From an uncultured SAR324 cluster bacterium (GTDB lineage: Bacteria; SAR324; NAC60-12), in NCBI GenBank assembly GCA_902564345.1, contig CACFAY010000006.1, positions 1-49,109 of the forward strand: a DNA stretch of 49,109 nt, written 5' to 3'. The notes beneath the pieces are model-generated. The model did no database searches and had not been told where the DNA came from. It saw only the letters and a list, made by a program, of their open reading frames with translations. A program made the translations under genes and the position numbers. Shown here one piece after another: positions 1 to 9,109 of this stretch (its first letter is position 1; each line of letters starts with the position of its first letter).

Positions 1-633
1 GGCTGCCATTAATCCAGCCAGACCTGCAAGCGCAGCACCTAAGCCAAAAACTATAGTATAGAGAAGGTTTATATTTACCCCAAGGGCACTTATCATTTGA
101 CGATTGCTTGCTCCTGCACGAATCAGCATCCCTAATTTTGTATGTGATACGAGTAAGTAAAGTAAAATTGCTACTATTATTCCTGCAGCAATAATTGCCA
201 ATCTAAATGCTGGATATCTTATTCCAAAAATTAGTTCTACACTACCGTTTAATATTTCTGGAAGTTGTATATCCAACCCTATGGGACCCCATAATAGTCT
301 TACAAACTCATTAAAAAAAAGAATAAGCCCAAACGTTGCCAAGACTTGATCAAGGTGACTACGCGTGTAAATATTTCTTATTGCAATGATTTCTAGTAAC
401 ATTCCCAATACCATACATGCTGGTAAAGTAAGAAGTAATCCAACAAAAAAAGATTCTGTCCAGTTAGTAAATGTTGCCGCAAGGTAGGCTCCCAACATGT
501 AGAGTGATCCATGTGCTAGGTTTATGAGGTCCATTATACCAAAAATCAAAGTGAGTCCTGCTGCCAGTAGAAACAGCAAGACTCCCAATTGTAAACCGTT
601 CATTATTTGCTCTAAAAGCAGTATCCAGTTCAC
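1..633 (-). CDS. livH: Branched-chain amino acid-type ABC transporter permease (LivH family), 3' end truncated by window edge
   Basis: Translated by hand from GTG at 633: MNWILLLEQIMNGLQLGVLLFLLAAGLTLIFGIMDLINLAHGSLYMLGAY..., the typical LivH N-terminal motif (GLTLIFG.M..IN.AHG); lies downstream of the SBP gene. Confidence 0.88.
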   Translation of the reverse strand, partial: MNWILLLEQIMNGLQLGVLLFLLAAGLTLIFGIMDLINLAHGSLYMLGAYLAATFTNWTESFFVGLLLTLPACMVLGMLLEIIAIRNIYTRSHLDQVLATFGLILFFNEFVRLLWGPIGLDIQLPEILNGSVELIFGIRYPAFRLAIIAAGIIVAILLYLLVSHTKLGMLIRAGASNRQMISALGVNINLLYTIVFGLGAALAGLAGLMAA

Positions 634-853
634 TAGGATATTAATATTTTTGCAGTATCTTTTGAATTTATGAATGGTAAGTTAAAAATTATAACATTTT
701 CTTACCAAAATTTTGTTAAAATCTAGAAAAAATCTCAGGAAATTTTCTTGACAAGATGAGTAAGATATAATTTAGTCATTGCTCTAAGAAATGAGTTTTG
801 GAAGGAAGATATGAGAAATTAAGTGACAAGAAGTGCCTCAAAATTCAGGAAAG

Positions 854-2026
854 CTACCATGACATTTTACAATTCTTTGCGTAAGTATCTTGATGGTTTG
901 TATAAACAGTTTTCACAATACTTGTTGTAAAGTTTCCTTCAGAATCTTTAATTACTTTACGTAAATAAAAATTCTGGATTGGGAAATGGTTATTACCATA
1001 TTTAAAAGGCCCTCGAACAGATGGGAAATTAGCTTTGCGCATTGCTGTTCGCATTGCTGCTTTATTTGATAAATCCCCATTAACAGCTTCAACTGCACTA
1101 TTAATAAGCATAATTGTGTCATAAGATTGTGCAGCGTAAAATGTAGGATAACGTCCTGTCATTTTACGGTAATCTGCTACAAAACGCTTATTTACAGCAT
1201 TATCCATGTCTGGTGCCCAGAATTGAGTCATCAAGCTTCCTTCAGCAAGACCTTTCAACCTTGGTAAATTTAATGAATCTACTGTGAAGGCAGAGTAAAA
1301 AGGGATTTTACCCTGTAATCCAGCCTGTGCATACTGCTTGATTATTTGAAGTCCATGCTTACCAGGGTAAAATACGAAAACTGCGTCGGGTTTAGCCGAG
1401 CGAATTTTGGCAAGTTCTGCTGAAAAATCAATCTGCGCTGGAAACTTGGTCATATCTTTCCCTACGATATTTCCTTTAAATGTTCTTGTAACCCCCGCTA
1501 CCATATTTTTCCCAGCAGCATAATTTGGGGCCATTATGTAGAGAGTCTTAATTCCAAGCTGATTTAGCACCTCACCCATGGCCATGGTAGTTTGGTCGTT
1601 TTGCCATGATGTCGAAAAAAAATCTTCATGGCAAAGTTTTCCAGCAACTGGACCAGGACCGGCATTAGAGCTAATCATAAATGGTCCCTTACCTACAACA
1701 GAATTACGGGAAGCCATAAGAACATGACTCCATATATAACCTGAAACAAAATGGACTTTGTCCTTTTTTACTAATTTGTCAGTTTTTTGCTTTCCTACAT
1801 CAGGTTTGAAAGTATCGTCTTCATAGAACATTTTAACATCTGAACCTGCCATTTTTCTTCCCAGGTGATCAAGTGCCAGCTCTACAGCATCACGCATGTC
1901 ATTCCCAATAGCACCTGCTCCGCCCGTAAGGGTAGTTACAAATCCAATTTTAACAGTCTCAGCTGTTGCAACTTGACTAATAATCAGTAATGCAGAGGCA
2001 GAAATCCAGAATAAGATTTTTCTCAT
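854..2026 (-). CDS. ABC transporter substrate-binding protein, Leu/Ile/Val (PBP type 1) family, probably aromatic-acid-binding subgroup
   Basis: Signal peptide; VKIGFVTTLTG; SNAGP...C...FFSTSWQNDQ; FPSVRGPFKYGNNHFPIQNFY; RBS AAGGAG upstream; followed by livH-like gene. Confidence 0.85.
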   Translation of the reverse strand: MRKILFWISASALLIISQVATAETVKIGFVTTLTGGAGAIGNDMRDAVELALDHLGRKMAGSDVKMFYEDDTFKPDVGKQKTDKLVKKDKVHFVSGYIWSHVLMASRNSVVGKGPFMISSNAGPGPVAGKLCHEDFFSTSWQNDQTTMAMGEVLNQLGIKTLYIMAPNYAAGKNMVAGVTRTFKGNIVGKDMTKFPAQIDFSAELAKIRSAKPDAVFVFYPGKHGLQIIKQYAQAGLQGKIPFYSAFTVDSLNLPRLKGLAEGSLMTQFWAPDMDNAVNKRFVADYRKMTGRYPTFYAAQSYDTIMLINSAVEAVNGDLSNKAAMRTAMRKANFPSVRGPFKYGNNHFPIQNFYLRKVIKDSEGNFTTSIVKTVYTNHQDTYAKNCKMSW

Positions 2027-2345
2027 TTTTTCTCCTTATCCTTGTAAAAATATTTTACCAGTATGACTGGGAACAATTAATTAAAGCACGAAAACAATAA
2101 CCCTACTTTCAGGTGATGTCAACTAAAATCTAAGTTCTAATGTGCGATCATTTCTTTGGTTCAAGAATTAAAAAATTTATAATTCCATTAGCATTTAATT
2201 TTCCATTACAAGTTTTCAGGGAATTGCTAATTGTTATTTCCTTAATATTCTGAATTTTTATCTTATTTTTATCAGATCTTCATTCTTTAAACCTTTTATG
2301 GCTCCAAACTGATTCCAAAATGGCTTTAATAGCAAGCTTATTATC

Positions 2346-3143
2346 TCAATATTCTAATTCATTGAGATAGTTTTTTACGCATTCCACATCTTTTTTGACT
2401 AGTTTATAAAATTCAATGTTATGTCCGAGTCTCGGACTGCTTCTGTGTCTCAATTCGTGAACCAGAGTATTAAGTAATTGGGTTTTTTTAGGCAAACCAA
2501 AGAACCAAAAGTTTGAGCGATGAATTTTGATGTATTCTTCTCCCCAGTATATTCCTGCTTCACCATATTGAATAAAATCCTTATGCACTGTAGGCTCTCT
2601 GGTATATTTAATTGGTACAGTTTTGATTTTGCTCTTCATGATTGAAGGGAAGCACTGGACTTTCAAAAGCACTTCAGCAAAATCTATAATATGCTTTTGC
2701 CTTGCTTCAGGAAATTCTAAAATCGGGTCAAGTAGATGCCAGCGATCTAAAATAAAAAATAAAACTATTCCAAATATCAAAAAGGCGAGGCAAAGTTGTG
2801 AATACTTAGAAAATAACGTTTTATGTGATACGTGCGAATTTAGGTGTCTCTTTTTCCAGCCTACCCATTCCTCCCATTCTTTTTGTAAAAAATTGATATT
2901 TATTAAATTATTATTATCATAATCTTTTTCTGATTCTTTATTGGGACTTGAGTAAAATGAAGTCTGAAATAATAAATGTTCTCCACAATTATTACAAAAA
3001 ATTCTGATAAAATGTTCACCTTTAAATCCTGACAAAGGAATAACTTTGAATTCATCTCCACCACATGAAGGACATTGCAAATTTGAGAATTCCTGAGAAG
3101 CTTCAGGAAACAAAATATTTTTTTCAGGAGTTAAATTTTTCAA
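2346..3143 (-). CDS. Hypothetical membrane protein: N-terminal Zn-ribbon, single TM helix, C-terminal SprT/WLM/YgjP-like HExxH metallopeptidase domain
   Basis: CPSC-x22-CNNC; hydrophobic LCLAFLIFGIVLFFIL; LLNTLVHELRHRSSPRLGHNIEFY; start codon uncertain (TTG). Confidence 0.65.
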   Translation of the reverse strand: MKNLTPEKNILFPEASQEFSNLQCPSCGGDEFKVIPLSGFKGEHFIRIFCNNCGEHLLFQTSFYSSPNKESEKDYDNNNLININFLQKEWEEWVGWKKRHLNSHVSHKTLFSKYSQLCLAFLIFGIVLFFILDRWHLLDPILEFPEARQKHIIDFAEVLLKVQCFPSIMKSKIKTVPIKYTREPTVHKDFIQYGEAGIYWGEEYIKIHRSNFWFFGLPKKTQLLNTLVHELRHRSSPRLGHNIEFYKLVKKDVECVKNYLNELEY

Positions 3144-3640
3144 ACGAAGGTAGAGCAGAAAACAAATTATTAGTAGTTATATTTTATATCCATAGAGAGC
3201 TTATAAATTAATTGTATATTACAAATTAAAAAAAGCATTTCTGATAAAAAATAAATGCATAAATTAAATAAATTAATCGTTATTTAATGGTACTCTAAAA
3301 AACTTGATTGATTTTAATGAGTATATATTTAAACTCTAATTTAGATTTGTGAAAAATTCCTTGAAAAAAACGATTCTGCTAATAATAAATAGACTTTAAC
3401 TGCATCAAAAAAATATTCTTGATTTTAATTTTTTCCATTAATTTTCAAAAATATTTTCCGATTTCTGAAAAATTTAATAAGCTTGAGTATTTTAAAACTA
3501 AAATAATATTTATTGTAATTTAAATTATCTTGCATTTCACTCGTTTTAGAAAGGACAATGCATGTGAAAAATTTGAACCATGTTAAAGATTACTAAATAA
3601 ATATTTATAGTTTTTAAAATTGCCTTAAGAGGGGGAGCTA

Positions 3641-5131
3641 ATGTCAGATGTTACGAGCGAAACAGTCAAATCAATTGGAATAAGAGATTCTTCATTATTC
3701 CGGCAACAGGTCTTCATAAATGGTAAATGGTCTGATGCAGATAATGGAGAAATCAATGAAATTACCAACCCATCCAATGGGAAGTTACTAGGTACCGTTC
3801 CTAATTGTGGGACTACCGAGGCTAAAAGAGCTATAGAAGCTGCAAATAAGGCATGGCCAAAATGGCGTTCCAAAACATCAAAAGAACGTGCATTAATATT
3901 ACGCAGGTGGTACGAACTGATGATGGAAAATCAGGAAGACCTTGCACGTTTAATGACTGCAGAGCAAGGTAAACCTTTAACTGAATCTGTCGGAGAAATA
4001 GCATATGCGGCAAGCTTTGTGGAGTGGTTTGGAGAAGAAGGCAAGCGACTCTATGGCGATACCATTCCTGCACATGCATCAGATAAGCGTATTGTAGTTA
4101 TCAAGCAGCCAATTGGTGTTACAGTTGCAATAACTCCATGGAATTTTCCCGCTGCAATGATCACTCGGAAAGCAGCTCCTGCCTTGGCTGCAGGATGTCC
4201 AATGGTAATCAAACCAGCTCCTGACACACCTTTTTCAGCTTTTGCACTTTGTGAGCTTGCTGATAGAGCTGGAGTACCTCCCGGGATATTAAGCACAATT
4301 ACAGGAGATGCTATTGAAATAGGTGGTGAATTTACTAGCAATCCAATAGTAAGAAAATTAAGTTTTACGGGTTCAACTGGAGTAGGCAAGCTACTAATGA
4401 AACAATGTTCAGGCACTGTCAAAAAACTTGCACTTGAACTGGGAGGTAACGCACCTTTTATTGTTTTCGATGATGCTGATTTGGAAGCAGCGGTTTTAGG
4501 AGCATTGGCCAGTAAATTCAGGAATGCAGGTCAAACATGTGTTTGTGCCAACCGAATTATGGCACAAAGTAAAGTATACGACAAATTTTGTGATATGCTG
4601 GCAGAGGCAGCTAAAAATATAAAAGTTGCAGATGGTTTTGAAGATGGATCCCAGCAGGGACCACTTATTAATGAGGCTGCCGTTGAAAAAGTTGAAAGCC
4701 ATGTTAAAGATGCACTTTCCAAAGGAGCAAAACTTCTGGCGGGAGGACAAAGACACCAACTTGGTGGAACTTTTTTTGAGCCTACAGTGCTCTCAGGGGT
4801 AACAAAAGGAATGCTGGTTGCAAAAGAAGAGACATTTGGACCGATGGCGCCTGTATTTAAATTTGAAACAGAAGAAGAAGCTATTGAAACTGCAAATGAC
4901 ACTGAATTTGGCTTAGCTGCATATTTTTATAGCAGGGATATAGGACGTATATGGAGAGTCTCTGAAGCTCTTGAATACGGTATTGTTGGAATAAATGAGG
5001 GTATTATTTCTACCGAAACGGCTCCATTTGGCGGAGTAAAAGAGTCTGGAACAGGGCGTGAGGGTTCTAAATATGGTATTGAAGACTACCTTGAAATTAA
5101 GTATCTATGTATGGGTGGAATAAACAATTGA
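3641..5131 (+). CDS. gabD: NAD(P)-dependent succinate-semialdehyde dehydrogenase
   Basis: AITPWNFPAAMITRK, SFTGST, LELGGNAP, FRNAGQTCVC, EETFGP, GREGSKYGIEDYLEIKY; RBS GGGGGAG. Confidence 0.93.
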   Translation: MSDVTSETVKSIGIRDSSLFRQQVFINGKWSDADNGEINEITNPSNGKLLGTVPNCGTTEAKRAIEAANKAWPKWRSKTSKERALILRRWYELMMENQEDLARLMTAEQGKPLTESVGEIAYAASFVEWFGEEGKRLYGDTIPAHASDKRIVVIKQPIGVTVAITPWNFPAAMITRKAAPALAAGCPMVIKPAPDTPFSAFALCELADRAGVPPGILSTITGDAIEIGGEFTSNPIVRKLSFTGSTGVGKLLMKQCSGTVKKLALELGGNAPFIVFDDADLEAAVLGALASKFRNAGQTCVCANRIMAQSKVYDKFCDMLAEAAKNIKVADGFEDGSQQGPLINEAAVEKVESHVKDALSKGAKLLAGGQRHQLGGTFFEPTVLSGVTKGMLVAKEETFGPMAPVFKFETEEEAIETANDTEFGLAAYFYSRDIGRIWRVSEALEYGIVGINEGIISTETAPFGGVKESGTGREGSKYGIEDYLEIKYLCMGGINN

Positions 5132-5175
5132 TTATTTAACAAATTTACAAAAACATTTTTATTGAAGAATTTTAA

Positions 5176-5409
5176 TTGGAAATTAATCTGGAGTTAATGG
5201 GACCTTTGGTTGATTTTTTACCGAATTCAGACAGAGGTAAAGCAGTTTTGAATCTGACAAATAATTCTACTATTGCTGATATGTTGGACAAATTGAAAAT
5301 CAAACAAAGGGTTGTTGTAGCTGTTAATGGTGATGAAGAGAAGGGACTTGACCACATTCTAAGTGACGGAGATGAGGTACTTGTTATCTCCCTTGTAAGC
5401 GGAGGTTAG
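5176..5409 (+). CDS. MoaD/ThiS family sulfur-carrier protein
   Basis: 77 aa ubiquitin-like pattern (VAVNG...L.DGDEV) ending in VSGG; immediately upstream of AOR. Confidence 0.88.
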   Translation: MEINLELMGPLVDFLPNSDRGKAVLNLTNNSTIADMLDKLKIKQRVVVAVNGDEEKGLDHILSDGDEVLVISLVSGG

Positions 5410-5443
5410 CTAATAATTTCAAAAAACAATCAGAGCAAAAAAT

Positions 5444-7384
5444 ATGACTTACGGATACACAGGAAAAATATTACATGTAAACTTAACAAAAGGTGAGCTG
5501 GAAATTGAAGAACCTGATGAACAGTTTTACCGCACTTATATGGGTGGTAGTGCGATGGGTATGCACTATGTTCTTAAAGAGACACCAGCAGGGGTTGATC
5601 CCTTCAGTCCTGATAATGTACTTGCTTTATGTACAGGGATTTTAACGGGAACACCAATTTCTGGACAAAGTCGTTTGACTTCCGTTGCAAAATCTCCACT
5701 TACAGATTGTATCGGAGACGCACAAGGTGGGGGTTATTTCCCAGCTGAGATGAAATTTTCTGGATTTGATGCAGTAATTATTAAAGGTAGATCTCCAAAG
5801 CCTGTTTATCTATGGATGCATCATGGTGAGGCAGAACTTCGTGATGCTGGTCATTTGTGGGGGTTAAAAACAGGAGACGCCGAGGATAAACTTAAAGAAG
5901 AATTAGATGATAAAAGAATTGAGGTCCTGCAGATTGGACCTGCAGGGGAGAATCTAGTGAGATTTTCTGCGCTGATAAGCATGAGCAACCGCGCAAATGG
6001 CCGAACAGGTATGGGAGCTGTTATGGGTTCAAAGAATCTTAAAGCAGTTGTGGTAAGGGGAAAAATGAAACCTGTTATTGCAAATCCAGAAAAATTTAAG
6101 GAGATGCAGAAGTTGGCAAAGGTAAATATGGAACCTACGGGTATGGACGGCTTTGGTAAATATGGAACTCCTGGTGTATGTTCTCCACAACATAGAGCCG
6201 GAGGTTTACCGACTTATAATTTCAACAGCGGTAACTTTGATAAACATGAAGAAATTGATGGTCACAAACTTTACAATGAGCATCTAAGAGGCCATGAAAA
6301 AGACGATCAGAATCGTTTTGGGAGAGATACTTGTTTCAGTTGTACAGTCAAATGCAAACGTGTTTCAGAAGTCGTTGAAGGTCCTTTTAAAACAGATGCT
6401 AAATACGGTGGTCCGGAATATGAAACCTTGGCCACTTTTGGAAGTTATTGCGGCATAAGTGATATGGATGCGATTATTCATGCCAATGCCCTTTGTAACA
6501 TGTATGGAATGGATACTATTTCCTGCGGAGCCACAATAGCATGGGCCATGGAGTGTTGGGAAGAAGGTAAATTAACACTAGAAGATACAGGAGGAATCAA
6601 ACTGAATTATGGAAACGCTGAAGCAATGGTAAAAGTTACTGAGATGATAGCTCACCGAGAAGGTTTTGGTGAAATCCTTGCGGAAGGCTCCAAGAAAGCT
6701 TCTGAGATAATTGGCCGTGGAACTGGAGAATACTTAATTACAAGTAAAGGTCAGGAAGCACCTGCACATATGCCTCAGGTAAAACGTAGCTTGAGTGTTA
6801 TTTATGCGGCAAATCCATTTGGCGCAGATCATGAGTCAAGCGAACATGATCCAGGGTATAAAGCCTATCCGGAACGTATGAAGGAAATTGGACTGACTAA
6901 TCCTCAAGAAAAATTGGCGCTTAACAAAGAAATGATGCGCTTTGCAATGATCACTCAGCATTTGTCAAGTGCGGTGGACAGTATCTCAGTCTGCGCATTT
7001 GTTTTTGGAGCTTCCTTTCAGCTTTATACGCCTGAACAATTGGTCCAAGCAATTAATGCTGTAATGGGCTGGAATGTAGATATGGAAGAGATTCTGCAAG
7101 TTGGTGAACGCCGACTCAACATGTTAAGGGCTTTTAATTCAAGAGAAGGTGTTGGAAGAGAATCAGACACTCTTCCGAAAAAGATGTTTAATAGGCCTCT
7201 TAAAGGAGGTCGGTCTGATGGTTATTTTATAAATGAGGAAGAATGGGAAGCTGCATTGGAAGATTACTACCGTTTATGCGATTGGGATGTGGATACTGGT
7301 CATCCGTCACTAAAGAAAATGGAATCACTTGGTCTGGGTTGGGTAGTTGCAGATAACAATGAACTTTCGAAAGTTATTATCTAA
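5444..7384 (+). CDS. aor: Aldehyde:ferredoxin oxidoreductase family (tungstopterin, 4Fe-4S)
   Basis: YGYTGKILHVNL, KSPLT, IGPAGENLV, GRTGMGAVMGSKNLKAV, CFSCTVKC, GPEYET, CNMYGMDTIS, distal SVC. Confidence 0.92.
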   Translation: MTYGYTGKILHVNLTKGELEIEEPDEQFYRTYMGGSAMGMHYVLKETPAGVDPFSPDNVLALCTGILTGTPISGQSRLTSVAKSPLTDCIGDAQGGGYFPAEMKFSGFDAVIIKGRSPKPVYLWMHHGEAELRDAGHLWGLKTGDAEDKLKEELDDKRIEVLQIGPAGENLVRFSALISMSNRANGRTGMGAVMGSKNLKAVVVRGKMKPVIANPEKFKEMQKLAKVNMEPTGMDGFGKYGTPGVCSPQHRAGGLPTYNFNSGNFDKHEEIDGHKLYNEHLRGHEKDDQNRFGRDTCFSCTVKCKRVSEVVEGPFKTDAKYGGPEYETLATFGSYCGISDMDAIIHANALCNMYGMDTISCGATIAWAMECWEEGKLTLEDTGGIKLNYGNAEAMVKVTEMIAHREGFGEILAEGSKKASEIIGRGTGEYLITSKGQEAPAHMPQVKRSLSVIYAANPFGADHESSEHDPGYKAYPERMKEIGLTNPQEKLALNKEMMRFAMITQHLSSAVDSISVCAFVFGASFQLYTPEQLVQAINAVMGWNVDMEEILQVGERRLNMLRAFNSREGVGRESDTLPKKMFNRPLKGGRSDGYFINEEEWEAALEDYYRLCDWDVDTGHPSLKKMESLGLGWVVADNNELSKVII

Positions 7385-7526
7385 GGTTTTAGATTTTAAT
7401 TTAAATCAAAATTATAAACTTTTTTGACAGAGTCAAACCAAAAAAAACTTCACCGTCAGAAAACATTCAGGTAAATGATGAATTTTGGAATCTTCTCTGT
7501 TTTAAGTCGATGGATTATTAAACAGA

Positions 7527-9062
7527 TTATTTAGAGTTGGAGTATTGATCTGAAAGTTTTAGGCGCTGAATTTTACCCGAGGGGCCTTTTGGTAGTTCAT
7601 TGAGGAAAAAGTAGTGGTCCGGGGATCTATATTCTCCTAATGCAACCAGACATAGTTTCCTGAGTTCAGATTCAGGAACTTTTTCCCCAGGACGCGGAGC
7701 TATAGCTGCTGCAATAATTTGTCCATAATGTTTATTTGGTAGTGGGAAAGCTGCAGCCTCCAAGACACTTTTATGTCTGTATAAAACATCATCAATTTCT
7801 CGTGGTGAGATGTTCTCTCCGCCTTTGATAATGAGTTCTTTAAGACGTCCGGTAACAAATACGTAGCCTTCAGAATCCATCTTTCCAAGATCACCTGTTC
7901 TATACCATCCATCAGGGGTGAATGCTTCTAGAGTTGCTTTAGGATTTTTAAGATAGCCTTTCATTAAATTTAATCCTCTAACCTGTATCTCACTTTCTGT
8001 ATTTGAAGATGCTTCAGTTCCATCAGCGTCAGCTATTCTTACCTCGTTTCCATACGCTATTCCAGGTGAACCAAGTTTATGCAGTTTTGGGTCAACTGGG
8101 TTTGAAAGTAGCGGAGAAGCAGTTTCAGTAATACCCATGGTTTCAACAACTTTTATTCCAAAACGTTCTTCAAATGCTTTTTGCAGGGCAGGAGGTAATG
8201 CTGCTGACGCAGAGCGTCCAAATCTAACGCTTCCCATTTTTGATTTTAATTTTTCTCCTTCTTCAATATTCATCAAATAAGAGATAATTGTAGGAACTAC
8301 ACTAAACCAAGTACATTTTTGGTCAACAACCAAGGACCAGAATTTGGATGCCTGAAAACGTTTTGGCATAACTAAACCTGAACCGTTTACAAGTGTGCCC
8401 ATAACAGAAACTACTTGTGCGTTGATATGGTAGAGTGGCAATACGCAAAGGCTTTTGTCATAAGGTTTTAGATCATGAGCTATTTCGGTATTCCAGCCTC
8501 CATAAAGAAGGCTTTCATGTGTGTGTATAACTCCCTTTGGACGTCCCGTAGTTCCAGATGTATAAATAAGTAAGGCTTTTTCTTTCGGGGTAGGTTTATA
8601 TTTTAAAAGTTTTTTGACCGGGACATTGTTATTCCAAACCGGCAATTCGTCCTCAAAATTAAGTATGATTTCCGGTTTGTTTGTAAGATGAGAAAGTGCA
8701 TGTTCTGCTAATTCTTGGTATTGATGCGCTACAAACAGTATTTTAGTTTCAGAATGTTCTAATACATAAGCTAAAATATCTCTGCCTGATAAGGGATTTG
8801 CCAGCAAGACTTGAAATCCTCCGTACATTCCTCCCAAAAATAATTCCAACGCTGTTTGTCCATTACCAAGTAGGCCTGCTATAGGAACTTTACGGGAAAG
8901 TCCCTTCTCATTCAAATAAGATGATACAGACTGAACACGTTGTTTAAATTCTCTCCAGCTAAAAGATTTCCCTGTTTCAGGATAAACCACATAATTCTGT
9001 TTCGGAATATTATCCGCGTGGTGGTCAATCAAACTCTGGATTGTATGTCCTAATGGATTCAC
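7527..9062 (-). CDS. sauT: AMP-forming acyl-CoA ligase, probable sulfoacetate-CoA ligase
   Basis: YTSGTTGRPKG, LPLYHINAQ, RFGRSASAAL, ETMGITET, RTGDLG, PKGPSGKIQR; directly downstream of sauS-like gene. Confidence 0.75.
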   Translation of the reverse strand: MNPLGHTIQSLIDHHADNIPKQNYVVYPETGKSFSWREFKQRVQSVSSYLNEKGLSRKVPIAGLLGNGQTALELFLGGMYGGFQVLLANPLSGRDILAYVLEHSETKILFVAHQYQELAEHALSHLTNKPEIILNFEDELPVWNNNVPVKKLLKYKPTPKEKALLIYTSGTTGRPKGVIHTHESLLYGGWNTEIAHDLKPYDKSLCVLPLYHINAQVVSVMGTLVNGSGLVMPKRFQASKFWSLVVDQKCTWFSVVPTIISYLMNIEEGEKLKSKMGSVRFGRSASAALPPALQKAFEERFGIKVVETMGITETASPLLSNPVDPKLHKLGSPGIAYGNEVRIADADGTEASSNTESEIQVRGLNLMKGYLKNPKATLEAFTPDGWYRTGDLGKMDSEGYVFVTGRLKELIIKGGENISPREIDDVLYRHKSVLEAAAFPLPNKHYGQIIAAAIAPRPGEKVPESELRKLCLVALGEYRSPDHYFFLNELPKGPSGKIQRLKLSDQYSNSK

Positions 9063-9109
9063 AATTTTTGTTAATTCTTCAGTTATTTTGTAAATGATAT
9101 TAAATATTA

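Noticed and set aside
748-771. Perfect TTGACA and TATAAT hexamers on the plus strand
   Set aside because: Spacer is only 12 nt and the orientation is antisense to the flanking genes; not a credible sigma70 promoter
3144-3640. ~500-nt very AT-rich spacer with TGTGAAAAATT occurring twice; considered as sRNA or CRP-type sites
   Set aside because: No second half-site, no stable structure and no ORF; short AT-rich repeats are expected by chance
7423-7437. TTTGAC-AGA-GTCAAA inverted repeat between convergent aor and sauT
   Set aside because: 6-bp AT-rich stem with no U-tract following on either strand; too weak to call a terminator
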